Assembly (NCBI GenBank): GCA_035533415.1
Contig: DATLTU010000014.1
Span: forward strand, 1 to 63,812
DNA: 63,812 bases
From: Candidatus Limnocylindrales bacterium
GTDB taxonomy: Bacteria; Acidobacteriota; Terriglobia; Acidiferrales; UBA7541
Reading direction: 5' to 3'
A model generated the notes under the pieces. The model was given only the letters and a program-made list of their open reading frames with translations. It had not been told where the DNA came from and did not search any database. Both the position numbers and the translations under genes were made by a program. This document shows positions 38,632-47,735 of the stretch, piece by piece (within the stretch, counting starts at the first letter, position 1; the number at the start of each line of letters is the position of its first letter).

Positions 38632-39515
38632 TGTCGGAAACAGTCTGGCACGAGGGGCGCTTTGGTTCGTCAAACGGCCCGCACCGCCTGCTCTTTGGGT
38701 GCATGTACGAAGATGCGGAGATTGAGCACGCGGCCTTCCACGGCAAAACCCGCGTGTTTTGCATCGCGTCTGCTGGCGCCACGGCGCTGCGCCTCGCCGA
38801 TGAGCACGAAGTGGTCGCTTGTGACATCAATCCAGCCCAGCTTGCCTACGCCGAGCGCCGCGCCGCCGGCGCCCCGCTCGAGACGGGTGATGCGGAGCGG
38901 GCGATGAATTTCGCGCGGGCTTTCATGCCGCTTATCGGCTGGCGGGCAGAAGTTGTACGCATCTTCCTTGCCCTCTCTGACGTCTCCGAACAGATGGTTT
39001 TCTGGACGAAGCATCTCAACACACTCCGCTTCCGCATGGGCTTCGACGCTCTGATGTCTCCTATGATCCTGCGCGCGGCGTATGCGCCGCGGTTCCTTTC
39101 CTTCCTGCCGCCAAAATTCGGAATGGTGCTCCGCAAGCGCCTGGAACGCGGCTTTGCCACGCATCCAAACGCCGCGAACCCTTACGCGCGGGCGCTCCTT
39201 CTGGGTGAAACAAACCGCGAGCCTCAGCCGAAAATACCTCGCATTCGCTTTGTCCTTGCCGACGCGGCTTCCTACTTGGAGTCGTGTGCTGCCGGCTCCT
39301 TCGATGCGTTCTCTCTCTCCAACATACTTGACGGCGCCGCACCCTCGTATCGCAATCGACTCTCGTGGGCCGTCCGTCGCGCCGCAACGGATGATGCTGT
39401 CGTCGTGCTGCGAAGTTTTGGAGAGCCACCGGCCGAACTGGCCACGAACTGTGCCGGATCGGAGCGCGCCATGCTTTGGGGAACCGTCGATGTGCGTAGC
39501 GCGCAGTCGTTCTGA
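38631..39515 (+). CDS. DUF3419 / BtaA-like SAM-dependent protein (short form)
   Basis: TGATG overlap with the DoxX stop. '[11 protein letters not shown]...[15 protein letters not shown]...[16 protein letters not shown]' mirrors the BtaA N-terminal 'WEDp..D...ItSaGCNaL...avDlNpaQ' pattern. Confidence 0.55.
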   Translation: MSETVWHEGRFGSSNGPHRLLFGCMYEDAEIEHAAFHGKTRVFCIASAGATALRLADEHEVVACDINPAQLAYAERRAAGAPLETGDAERAMNFARAFMPLIGWRAEVVRIFLALSDVSEQMVFWTKHLNTLRFRMGFDALMSPMILRAAYAPRFLSFLPPKFGMVLRKRLERGFATHPNAANPYARALLLGETNREPQPKIPRIRFVLADAASYLESCAAGSFDAFSLSNILDGAAPSYRNRLSWAVRRAATDDAVVVLRSFGEPPAELATNCAGSERAMLWGTVDVRSAQSF

Positions 39516-39583
39516 GGGGGAAAAATTGCCCTGATTCTCCCACGGATTAGCATCTTGAACGTTCCTGTGGTTTCCGTCAGCCG

Positions 39584-40102
39584 TTAGGCCGCGCTTTTTG
39601 CGCCACGAACCTTCCGCATCGGTTGAGCTTTGGGCAAATCAATTTCCACGAAGCGCCCCTTGAATTTGGCTGTAACCCGCGCTGGTAGAATCTCGACAGG
39701 GAAGTCGAGAAAGCGAAAGATCATACCCTTGCGCGAACCTGAACCACCGCTTTCCGGCGACTGGAATGGCTTACCGACACGGGGTGTTCCGCAAATCGTG
39801 AGGCGCCGCGGCTCCACGCAGATTTCGATCTCTCCTTTTTCAAAGGACGCGACATCGGTGCTCAACCAGATCCTGTCGTCCAACACGAGATGCCCGCAGT
39901 TGAGTGGCCCTACGATTTCCGACTCGGCGCGCCGCCAGTCTTCCGCATCATGCCCGGCCCCGCAACCACGGCTTTCGCAAATCTGGAATGCTCGCACCGC
40001 GACGGCATCGCGAATCCTTTTGCTTTGCTCCGCCGGACTGACCGGCGCAATCTTCAGGTTTCGCCCGTTCCACGATCGCTCCGTTGAAGTTTCTTGTCGC
40101 AT
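39584..40102 (-). CDS. DUF2934-like N-terminus fused to an Hsp20/ACD-like domain (paralog of 29635..30150)
   Basis: 172 aa. Motifs: 'RAFQICESRGCGAGHDAEDWRRAESE' (DUF2934 pattern), then 'IWLSTDVASFEKGEIEICVEPRRLTICG...KFKGRFVEIDLPK'. Confidence 0.6.
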   Translation of the reverse strand: MRQETSTERSWNGRNLKIAPVSPAEQSKRIRDAVAVRAFQICESRGCGAGHDAEDWRRAESEIVGPLNCGHLVLDDRIWLSTDVASFEKGEIEICVEPRRLTICGTPRVGKPFQSPESGGSGSRKGMIFRFLDFPVEILPARVTAKFKGRFVEIDLPKAQPMRKVRGAKSAA

Positions 40103-40166
40103 GTGGTGCCTCCCACGGAATCAGAAGCCTTGCAATAAACTATATCGCTGATTCGTTCCTTTCCGA

Positions 40167-40182
40167 TGTGACGCCCATCACA
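40167..40182. promoter_or_regulatory. Perfect CRP/FNR-type palindrome TGTGA-CGCCCA-TCACA (arms extend to GATGTGA/TCACATC)
   Basis: Read directly. It is centred about 72 nt upstream of the minus-strand start at 40102. Confidence 0.55.
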
Positions 40183-40607
40183 TCCCTTTGAGGCTGCCTT
40201 GTAAAAACGACCTGCAATGTCTGTTAACTATTAATATACGTATAGCTTAGGCATGATACACAAACCACTGATCCTCGGTGCCTCGGCGAAAAAAGTCCAG
40301 GTAGAGCCACGGTGGAGTCCGCGCTCCGCGTAGCCCGCCTCCCACGCCGTTTCCCGGCATCTCACTCACAAATCCCTAATCAACAATATGGAAAATTAAA
40401 ATCTCTGCCAAATCACACAAAATAAAGTGTCCAACGTTCTTCTAATCGCCAATTTTTTGCTGTTTTTTTGTTTCTCACCGTTATGGTTTCCCCACCCGTA
40501 GCCCCGTCCATTCGCCCTTGACACACGCCCCTGCCAGAACTATAAGCAGCTCGGAGGTTTGCCACGCACGGAAGGGGATTTCCGGGCGCAAATCGAAAAG
40601 AGGAATC

Positions 40608-41579
40608 ATGGATGACGCAACCGAAGTTGTTGGAATCGGCAGTTGCACGGTGGATTTCTTCGCCATTGTGCCGCGGCTGCTTGGTCCGGAGGAAAAAATC
40701 AACGCCGACCGCCTCGAAATTCACGCGGGCGGCGTCACGGCCAATAACCTGACGCAGGTCGCGCGGCTCGGCGCAAAATCCGGATGGCTTGGCTTGATCG
40801 GCGACGACGGCAACGGCCAAATCATTCAGCAGGCCTTCGCGGAAGATGGCATGGATTTGTCGGGGATCGAAGTCGTCAAAGGCGAGCTTTCGTCGATGAC
40901 CTGGATTCCCGTCGACGCCCACGGCGAACGCTGTATCTACATGTTCCCGAACGTAACCGGGAAAATTTCCGTGCATCAGGTGATGACGCGTTTTGCTCCG
41001 CATATCAAGAAAGCGAAGCATTTCCACACCGAAGCCTCGCAGCTTCCGCTGACGCCGCTGCGCGAGGCGATGCAAGTGGCGCATGAGGCAAATGTCCGTG
41101 TAGTTTTTGATTTGGATGTCGCACCGACTTTTTTCTGCCAGGCTAACTTGGGCACGCAAGAAGAATTGACCCTGGCGCTGAAATTGGTGGACGTCTTGAA
41201 GCCTTGTAAAGCGGCCGCGCTCGAATTTACCGGCGAAGACGATCACGAGCGCGCGGCGCGCAAGCTCCTCGAGATGGGACCCAAACTCGTGGCGATCACC
41301 ATGGGAGCGGACGGCTGCATGATCGCCAGCCGGGACAAAGTTGTCCACGTGCCGGGGTTCAGCGTCAAGGTTGTGGACACCACCGGCGCCGGCGATGCGT
41401 TCATGGGCGGACTGTCCTACGGGCTGCTGCGCGGGTGGGACCTCGAGCGCGTGGGGGCATTCGCCAATGCGTGCGCTGCGCTGTGCTGCACGAAAGTAGG
41501 GGCGCGCGCCATGTCCAAGCGCGACGACGTGATCGCCCTTCTCCGCGCGCAGCGTCCTGCCGCCGCTGCCGGACTCTGA
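40608..41579 (+). CDS. PfkB-family carbohydrate kinase
   Basis: Start trimmed to MDDATEVVGIGSCTVDFF. It carries the 'DTTGAGDAFMGG' PfkB signature 2. Confidence 0.85.
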   Translation: MDDATEVVGIGSCTVDFFAIVPRLLGPEEKINADRLEIHAGGVTANNLTQVARLGAKSGWLGLIGDDGNGQIIQQAFAEDGMDLSGIEVVKGELSSMTWIPVDAHGERCIYMFPNVTGKISVHQVMTRFAPHIKKAKHFHTEASQLPLTPLREAMQVAHEANVRVVFDLDVAPTFFCQANLGTQEELTLALKLVDVLKPCKAAALEFTGEDDHERAARKLLEMGPKLVAITMGADGCMIASRDKVVHVPGFSVKVVDTTGAGDAFMGGLSYGLLRGWDLERVGAFANACAALCCTKVGARAMSKRDDVIALLRAQRPAAAAGL

Positions 41580-41649
41580 TATCCCGTGTGACGTTCTTCG
41601 GCCCGCATGGCTGGGATTCAAAAACGATTCGAGAAAGGCAACGCGCGCG

Positions 41650-42633
41650 ATGTTTACGCCTCATAGTTTTCCGGCCGCGCTTTTCATGATGTTCACCAGC
41701 GCGATCTGCTGGGGCTCGTGGGCCAACACGTACAAAGGCGTGAAGAATTACCGCTTCGAACTCTTCTACTGGGACTATGCCATTGGCATTTTCCTGCTCT
41801 CGCTGATTCTCGCGTTCACCATGGGCAGCCTGCATGGCGGCCCGTCGAGCTTTCTGGTGAATTTGGAAACGGCCAGCCGCGGCAATATCATTTACGCGCT
41901 CATTGGCGGCGCGATCTTCAACCTCGCCAACCTGCTGCTCGTCGCGGGAATTGATATGGCCGGACTGGCCGTCGCGTTTCCCGTGTCCATTGGAATTGCG
42001 CTCGTCGTTGGCGTGGTGCTCAGTTACGTGTTGCAGCCGAGGGGAAACGCGGAATTGCTGGCGCTCGGTGTGGTCTTCGCGGTCGTCGCGGTAATTCTCG
42101 ATGGCAAATCGTATGCGGCGCTCGGCAGCGGCGGGCGAGTTGTTTCGCGCAAGAGCATCGTCGTGTGCGTCGTCTCCGGGATTTTGATGGGGCTGTGGGC
42201 GCCGTTTATGGCGCACGCGCTGACGGCGGGTGCCCCGCTGGGGCCGTACACGGCATCGGTATTTTTGACGCTGGGCGCGCTGCTTTCCTGCTTCGTTTTC
42301 AATGTGTATCTGATGCGCAGGCCGCTCGTTGGCGAGCCGGTGAAGATCGGCGGATTTTTTCGAGCGCCCGTGAGCGCGCATCTTCTCGGGCTTGCAGGAG
42401 GGTGCATCTGGGGGGTCGGGATGGTTTTCAATTTGGTAGCCGCGAATTTCACCGGCGTCGCGATTTCTTACGCCATCGGCCAATCCGCCCCGATGGTCGC
42501 GGCGCTTTGGGGAGTGTTAGCGTGGCACGAATTTCGCGGCGCAGGCAGCAAAGCGAAAACGTATCTGTCGCTGATGTTCCTGTTTTACATCTTTGCAATC
42601 GTAAGCATTGCCCTGGCCAATACGGCAGGCTGA
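41650..42633 (+). CDS. 10-TM sugar carrier of the DMT superfamily (GRP/RhaT-like)
   Basis: 327 aa. 'FTSAICWGSWANTYK' and the duplicated 5-TM layout support the call, as does its position downstream of a sugar kinase. Confidence 0.5.
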   Translation: MFTPHSFPAALFMMFTSAICWGSWANTYKGVKNYRFELFYWDYAIGIFLLSLILAFTMGSLHGGPSSFLVNLETASRGNIIYALIGGAIFNLANLLLVAGIDMAGLAVAFPVSIGIALVVGVVLSYVLQPRGNAELLALGVVFAVVAVILDGKSYAALGSGGRVVSRKSIVVCVVSGILMGLWAPFMAHALTAGAPLGPYTASVFLTLGALLSCFVFNVYLMRRPLVGEPVKIGGFFRAPVSAHLLGLAGGCIWGVGMVFNLVAANFTGVAISYAIGQSAPMVAALWGVLAWHEFRGAGSKAKTYLSLMFLFYIFAIVSIALANTAG

Positions 42634-42753
42634 GAAATCGCCGAGGCTGCGCGTATCCGATGGCAAATGCAGGTCTTAGCGGACAACTCCTTGATTCCTG
42701 ACCGCGACAATGGTACTTTCAATCTTCCCTGAAGTATCGTATCTCTCTGCAAA

Positions 42754-45162
42754 ATGGATTCCCTGAGAACATTTCAACCTGAACCGGACCGCCGCGATGA
42801 CGGCGGGTTGGCGCAGCGCGCCGCGCGCCCGAAGGTGCGCCAGGATGTCACGTACTGGCGCGTCGAAGGGAGTCTGCTGAACCTCACCGCCGTGCGTCCC
42901 GTCGCGTTTTTCGCGTGGAACGCGCAAAGCTTCCTCGAACGCTGGACGCGCCGCGGCGCGATGTTCACGCTGGCGCTGGCACGGCCAGCGCTCTACCTGA
43001 GCAACCGCGCTTTCGCAACGCGCGTGCTGCACACCGTATTGCGCGGAGTGAGCTGCGACCGCCTGGACCTGCTGGGCGAGGAATATTTTCAGTATCTGCT
43101 AAAGCCCGCGCTCAAGCCGCGCGGCGTGGACGAATTGCAGAAAGCGCAGGCGCGAGGCGAGCACATTGCCCTGGTGAGCCAGGGACTCGACCACGTGATG
43201 CGCCCGCTGGCGCAGCATTTGGGCGTCGAATTCCTAATTTCCAATCGGCTGGAATTTCGCGACGGTCTGGCCACGGGCCGATTGCTCGATCCCGTGATTC
43301 GCCCGCGCGGCCCGCTGGCGCGGCTCATCGGCGGCAATCCGGACGGTAGCGTTCCGCGCGAACGGCTGGCGAAAAATCTGGGCGTCGCGGCGCATCCGGA
43401 AATTCTGCGCGACGCAATTCTCCCGGCCGCGCGGCCTTCGCCGCAGAATTATCTCCGCGTGGTGCATTTCCGCGCAGATGGCCGGCCGGGCGCAAAAATC
43501 GCCAGGCTTTCTGTTCGAGACTCCCTGCGCGGGAAGCAGATTCTGCTTGTGGGCGCGACGGGATTCATCGGCAAAGTCTGGCTGGCGAATCTGCTTTCCG
43601 ATGTGCCTGCGATCGGCAAAGTCTATGTTGTAGTGCGGAGCAGGCGCTCGATCAGCGCGGCGGAGCGTTTTCGCAAAGCCGTCGAATCACCCGTCTTCGA
43701 TCCACTGGCGCAGCGACACGGCTCTCAATTCGGCAAATTTCTCGCCGAGCGAATCGAAGTCCTCGATGGCGATTTGAGCAAACCGGGGCTCGGGTTGGAC
43801 GAAGCAACCCAGGCGCGACTCGCCCGAACGGTGGATCTGGTGATCAACAGCTCCGGCTTGACAGATTTCAACCCCGACCTGCGAGACGCGCTTGCCGCCA
43901 ACGTGGATTCCGCCGCTTATTTGCTCGATTTCATCCGGCAGTCGGATCATGCTGCGCTTTTACATCTCTCTACCTGCTACGTGGCCGGCGCGCGCGATGG
44001 GCGCATGACGGAAACGCTTACGCCGGATTACACGCCGGCTGGTATTTCCGATTTTGACGCGCAAAAAGAATGGGAGTCGCTGCGAACTTTAATTCGCGAT
44101 ACCGAAGCGCAAGCGGAAAGCGCCAAAGTGACGGACGAATTTCGCCGCGTCGCAATCGCAAAGCCTACCGCGGCGAAAACTTTAACTGGCACCGCGCTCG
44201 ACAATCAGATCCGCAAAAACCGCACGCGGTGGCTCCGGCAGGCGCTCACGGATGCGGGTACGCGCCGGGCGCGCGAGCTTGGCTGGCCGAACACGTACAC
44301 GCTAACGAAAAGCATCGCGGAGTCGCTGATCGTGAAGCATGGCGCCGGATTGCCGATCGCGATCGTGCGACCGTCGATCGTCGAATCGTCGCTCGAGAAA
44401 CCGTTTCGCGGCTGGAACGAAGGCATCAACACATCCGCTTCGCTTTCGTACTTGCTGGGAACATATTTTCGCCAGCTTCCCACGAACGAGCGCAAATGCC
44501 TGGACATCATTCCCGTGGACGTGGTGACACGAGGCATGACGCTGATCGCCGCGGCGCTCATCGAACGCAAACACGAATCGCTCTACCAGCTCGCCACATC
44601 GGTGACGAATCCGTGCAACATGCGGCGTTCGATCGAACTGACCAGCCTGGCGCACCGCAAGTTCTACCGCACGCAAAATGGCTTCGGGCACTGGCTGCGC
44701 TCGAGATTCGATGCGATTCCCGTTTCCAAGGCGCGTTACGACACGCTCTCGGCGCCGGCGCAGAAGGCCGTGGTGCAGGCGATCAATCGCGGCGTTTCCA
44801 GCGTGGGCTTCAATCGCTCGCTATTTGCCCGGCGCGAGCGGGAGCTCGAGCGCGTCATCAAACTCGTCCATCTTTTCGAACCGTTCATTTTGCATCACGA
44901 GCATACATTCGAAGCCATGAACATTGAACGGCTCATGGAAGCGCTTCCGCCCGAGGAGAAATCGGATTTCGGCTTTGATTGCCGGTCCATCGATTGGTGG
45001 GATTACTGGATCAATGTCCACATCCCGGCGCTGCGGAAGTGGTGCTATCCTCTCATCGAAGGCCGCCCGGTGGTGACGCGGAATCGCGAAGAAACGCCGC
45101 ACGCGGACGAGCCTGCCGTGGATGCCGCGGCCGGAAGAACGGCTACCGCGGCAACACCCTGA
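42754..45162 (+). CDS. Fusion protein: degenerate HAD-IB-like domain + fatty acyl-CoA/ACP reductase (NAD_binding_4 + sterile C-terminal domain)
   Basis: 802 aa. The N-terminal '[39 protein letters not shown]' is HAD-IB-like. The reductase part has '[19 protein letters not shown]...VYVVVRS', '[10 protein letters not shown]' and 'YTLTKSIAE' (YxxxK). Confidence 0.75.
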   Translation: MDSLRTFQPEPDRRDDGGLAQRAARPKVRQDVTYWRVEGSLLNLTAVRPVAFFAWNAQSFLERWTRRGAMFTLALARPALYLSNRAFATRVLHTVLRGVSCDRLDLLGEEYFQYLLKPALKPRGVDELQKAQARGEHIALVSQGLDHVMRPLAQHLGVEFLISNRLEFRDGLATGRLLDPVIRPRGPLARLIGGNPDGSVPRERLAKNLGVAAHPEILRDAILPAARPSPQNYLRVVHFRADGRPGAKIARLSVRDSLRGKQILLVGATGFIGKVWLANLLSDVPAIGKVYVVVRSRRSISAAERFRKAVESPVFDPLAQRHGSQFGKFLAERIEVLDGDLSKPGLGLDEATQARLARTVDLVINSSGLTDFNPDLRDALAANVDSAAYLLDFIRQSDHAALLHLSTCYVAGARDGRMTETLTPDYTPAGISDFDAQKEWESLRTLIRDTEAQAESAKVTDEFRRVAIAKPTAAKTLTGTALDNQIRKNRTRWLRQALTDAGTRRARELGWPNTYTLTKSIAESLIVKHGAGLPIAIVRPSIVESSLEKPFRGWNEGINTSASLSYLLGTYFRQLPTNERKCLDIIPVDVVTRGMTLIAAALIERKHESLYQLATSVTNPCNMRRSIELTSLAHRKFYRTQNGFGHWLRSRFDAIPVSKARYDTLSAPAQKAVVQAINRGVSSVGFNRSLFARRERELERVIKLVHLFEPFILHHEHTFEAMNIERLMEALPPEEKSDFGFDCRSIDWWDYWINVHIPALRKWCYPLIEGRPVVTRNREETPHADEPAVDAAAGRTATAATP

Positions 45163-45174
45163 GACCGCGAACCC

Positions 45175-46323
45175 GTGGCCATTTTCGTTACCGGAGCAAC
45201 CGGCTATATCGGCGCGCACGTCGCCGCAAACCTGCTCGATGGGAGCGGCGAGCCGCTGAATTTGCTGGTGCGCGCAAAGAATGAGCAAGAGGCGCGCGAG
45301 CGGCTATGGCGCGCGCTGCAACTGCACATGGATTTCCCCCGTTTCCAGTCTTTCCTCGCATCGCACATTCAGATTTTCCGCGGCGACTTGACGGGCGCGA
45401 AATTCGGACTGGCCGAGGACGAGTACAGAAGCCTCGCGCGCACCACGGACTCTGTGATTCATTGCGCCGCGTCGCTCAATCGAAAGTCCGAAAAAGTCTG
45501 CATGAACGTGAACCTGCGCGGCACGTTGCAGGTGATCGAGCTGGCGATGCGCGCGCGCGACGATCATGGTTTGCGGCGATTCAGCCATGTCAGCACGGTC
45601 GCCGTCGCCGGGCATCGGCAAAACGAAATTGTTCAGGAGGATTCGGCGATTGAATGGGAACGCTCCGACTACGATCCATACGCGCGCACGAAGAAATTCA
45701 GCGAGCACATGGTCCACGAGCTTCTTCCCGACGTGTCGCGGACGATTTTCCGGCCCAGCATCGTGCTGGGCGATAGCCGCCGGCCGGAGACGAATCAGTT
45801 CGAGATGGTGAAGGCATTCGCGTTTTTGGCTGGACTGCCGGCACTGCCTTTTCGTCCCGCGGACCGCGTGGACATAGTGCCCGCCGACTATGTGGCCAGC
45901 GCGATTGCGACATTGCACCTGAAAGAGAATCCCGCGCATGAAATTTATCATTTATCTTCCGGAGGCGATTCCGAAACGTATTTGCAATTGACGCGTCCGC
46001 TAGCGGAAGCGCAGGGCAAGAGCGCGCCTGTTTTTCTGCCGTCGCTCGAGCGCTCCACGCAGGGGATGGTAAATGTTTTCTCGGGACGTTTCGGGAACGC
46101 GGGAAAACTGGCCACCCTGCTCAAAGTGTTTCTTCCTTATTTGACATGGAACACGGTATTCGACAATTCGCGCATCGTCGCGGAAATGGGACGCAAGCCA
46201 GCGCCATTCTCGCAGTATTGCTTTCCACTGCTGAAGTTCAGCCGTGACAATCACTTCGCCTATCCGTACGCAGACTGGCCGCGCGAAACCGCGCCGCCCG
46301 CTCCGCAGGAAATTCCGCGATGA
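45175..46323 (+). CDS. Stand-alone thioester-reductase-type SDR (terminal R domain)
   Basis: GTG start. Motifs: '[14 protein letters not shown]', 'VIHCAASLN', 'HVSTVAVAG', 'YARTKKFSE' (YxxxK), as in NRPS/PKS R domains. Confidence 0.7.
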   Translation: MAIFVTGATGYIGAHVAANLLDGSGEPLNLLVRAKNEQEARERLWRALQLHMDFPRFQSFLASHIQIFRGDLTGAKFGLAEDEYRSLARTTDSVIHCAASLNRKSEKVCMNVNLRGTLQVIELAMRARDDHGLRRFSHVSTVAVAGHRQNEIVQEDSAIEWERSDYDPYARTKKFSEHMVHELLPDVSRTIFRPSIVLGDSRRPETNQFEMVKAFAFLAGLPALPFRPADRVDIVPADYVASAIATLHLKENPAHEIYHLSSGGDSETYLQLTRPLAEAQGKSAPVFLPSLERSTQGMVNVFSGRFGNAGKLATLLKVFLPYLTWNTVFDNSRIVAEMGRKPAPFSQYCFPLLKFSRDNHFAYPYADWPRETAPPAPQEIPR

Positions 46324-47735
46324 TGGATCTATTTCTCGAAGCGTGGGTGGCGGGTTCCATCGAGCTTGCGAAACTTTCCTGGATGCTTGGCCGCGGCAAG
46401 AGCTGGCGGCCGGGAGAGAAACTGGGGTTGCTGTTCGCGTGCTATTGCGGCGCGCGCAACACCGGCTCGGATTTGCGCGTCGAGGAAATTGTGCGCCAGG
46501 TGCGGCGCGTGCTGGGCGATGAAAATATCGACCTCGCCGTGATGACGCAGAATTTCGATCTGACTCGCGGCTATTTCGCTGGAGCGCGCCAAGTGCGGCT
46601 GCCCGACGTGTTTCCTCCGTTTCTGAATCGTGAAGTGCCGCGGTATCACGGCGTAGTAGCGTGCGAAGGATCGATGTTCAAGAGCAAATTCGCGAATGCG
46701 CTCGCAACGATGATGATCGGATCGCTTGGATTGGCCTCGGCGCAGAACCGGCTTTCGATCGGGTATGGCGCGGAAGCGGGTTACATGGACCCGATCGTCG
46801 AAAAAATGTGCCGGCGCTACTGCAAGGATTCGGTCGTCATCACGCGAAGCGAAGAATCGCAAGCGCTGCTGGGCAAGCTGGGTATTTCGACGGAACTGGG
46901 CACGGACACGGCGTGGACGTTTGAGCCGCGCGGTCCGGAATACGGCGAAAAAGTATTGCGCGACGCGGGATGGGACGGCCGAACGCCTGTGCTGGTGGCG
47001 TGCCCGATCAATCCGTTCTGGTGGCCGGTGAAGGCGTCGATTGCAAAAGCCACCGTGCGAACGCTGACCGGCGCATACAAAGAAAGCCATTACCGCTCGA
47101 TTTATTTTCACAAGTCCGGGCGCCAAGTCGAGGCAGCGTATTCGCGATATATTTCCGCGTTTGCCGGGGCAATTGGCCGGTTTCGCAAGGAGCATCCCGT
47201 ATTTCTGGTCTGCGTGGGCATGGAGATGCTCGATCGAAATGCGTGCGAGCGGTTCGCGGCGCAACTCGGCGGCCGCGTGCCGGTGTTTTGCTCCGACGAA
47301 TATGACATGTACCAGATCGTGAGTATTTTGCGCGTGTGCCATTTGATGGCGTCGTCGCGCTATCACGCGATCGTCACGTCAATGCCCGCTGGCGTGCCGT
47401 CGCTGGGCGTCACAATGGACGAGCGCATCCGCAATTTGATGCGCCAGCGCGGACATAATCATTTGCTGCTGACTGTCGACGATCCGGAATTGGAAGCGAA
47501 GCTCTTCGATGCACTGGAGATGCTTTGCCGCGAGAAAGAAACCGTGCGCGAAGGAATCGGTCGCACGGTGGCGCAGAATCTACGGCTGATGTCGCGGATG
47601 GGCATGTACTTCGAGAAGTTTGTGGCGCAGCGCTATCCGGAGTTTCCGCTGCGGAGTGGCTGGCTCACCTGGGAGGAGTATTTGCCGCCGCTGAGACCGA
47701 ATCTCCAAAAGCTGATCGAGACCTACGGCGCATGA
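46320..47735 (+). CDS. Polysaccharide pyruvyl transferase family protein
   Basis: 471 aa, with a 4-nt overlap with the upstream stop. '[15 protein letters not shown]', '[13 protein letters not shown]' and '[20 protein letters not shown]' resemble the CsaB/WcaK-type PS_pyruv_trans fold. Confidence 0.55.
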   Translation: MMDLFLEAWVAGSIELAKLSWMLGRGKSWRPGEKLGLLFACYCGARNTGSDLRVEEIVRQVRRVLGDENIDLAVMTQNFDLTRGYFAGARQVRLPDVFPPFLNREVPRYHGVVACEGSMFKSKFANALATMMIGSLGLASAQNRLSIGYGAEAGYMDPIVEKMCRRYCKDSVVITRSEESQALLGKLGISTELGTDTAWTFEPRGPEYGEKVLRDAGWDGRTPVLVACPINPFWWPVKASIAKATVRTLTGAYKESHYRSIYFHKSGRQVEAAYSRYISAFAGAIGRFRKEHPVFLVCVGMEMLDRNACERFAAQLGGRVPVFCSDEYDMYQIVSILRVCHLMASSRYHAIVTSMPAGVPSLGVTMDERIRNLMRQRGHNHLLLTVDDPELEAKLFDALEMLCREKETVREGIGRTVAQNLRLMSRMGMYFEKFVAQRYPEFPLRSGWLTWEEYLPPLRPNLQKLIETYGA

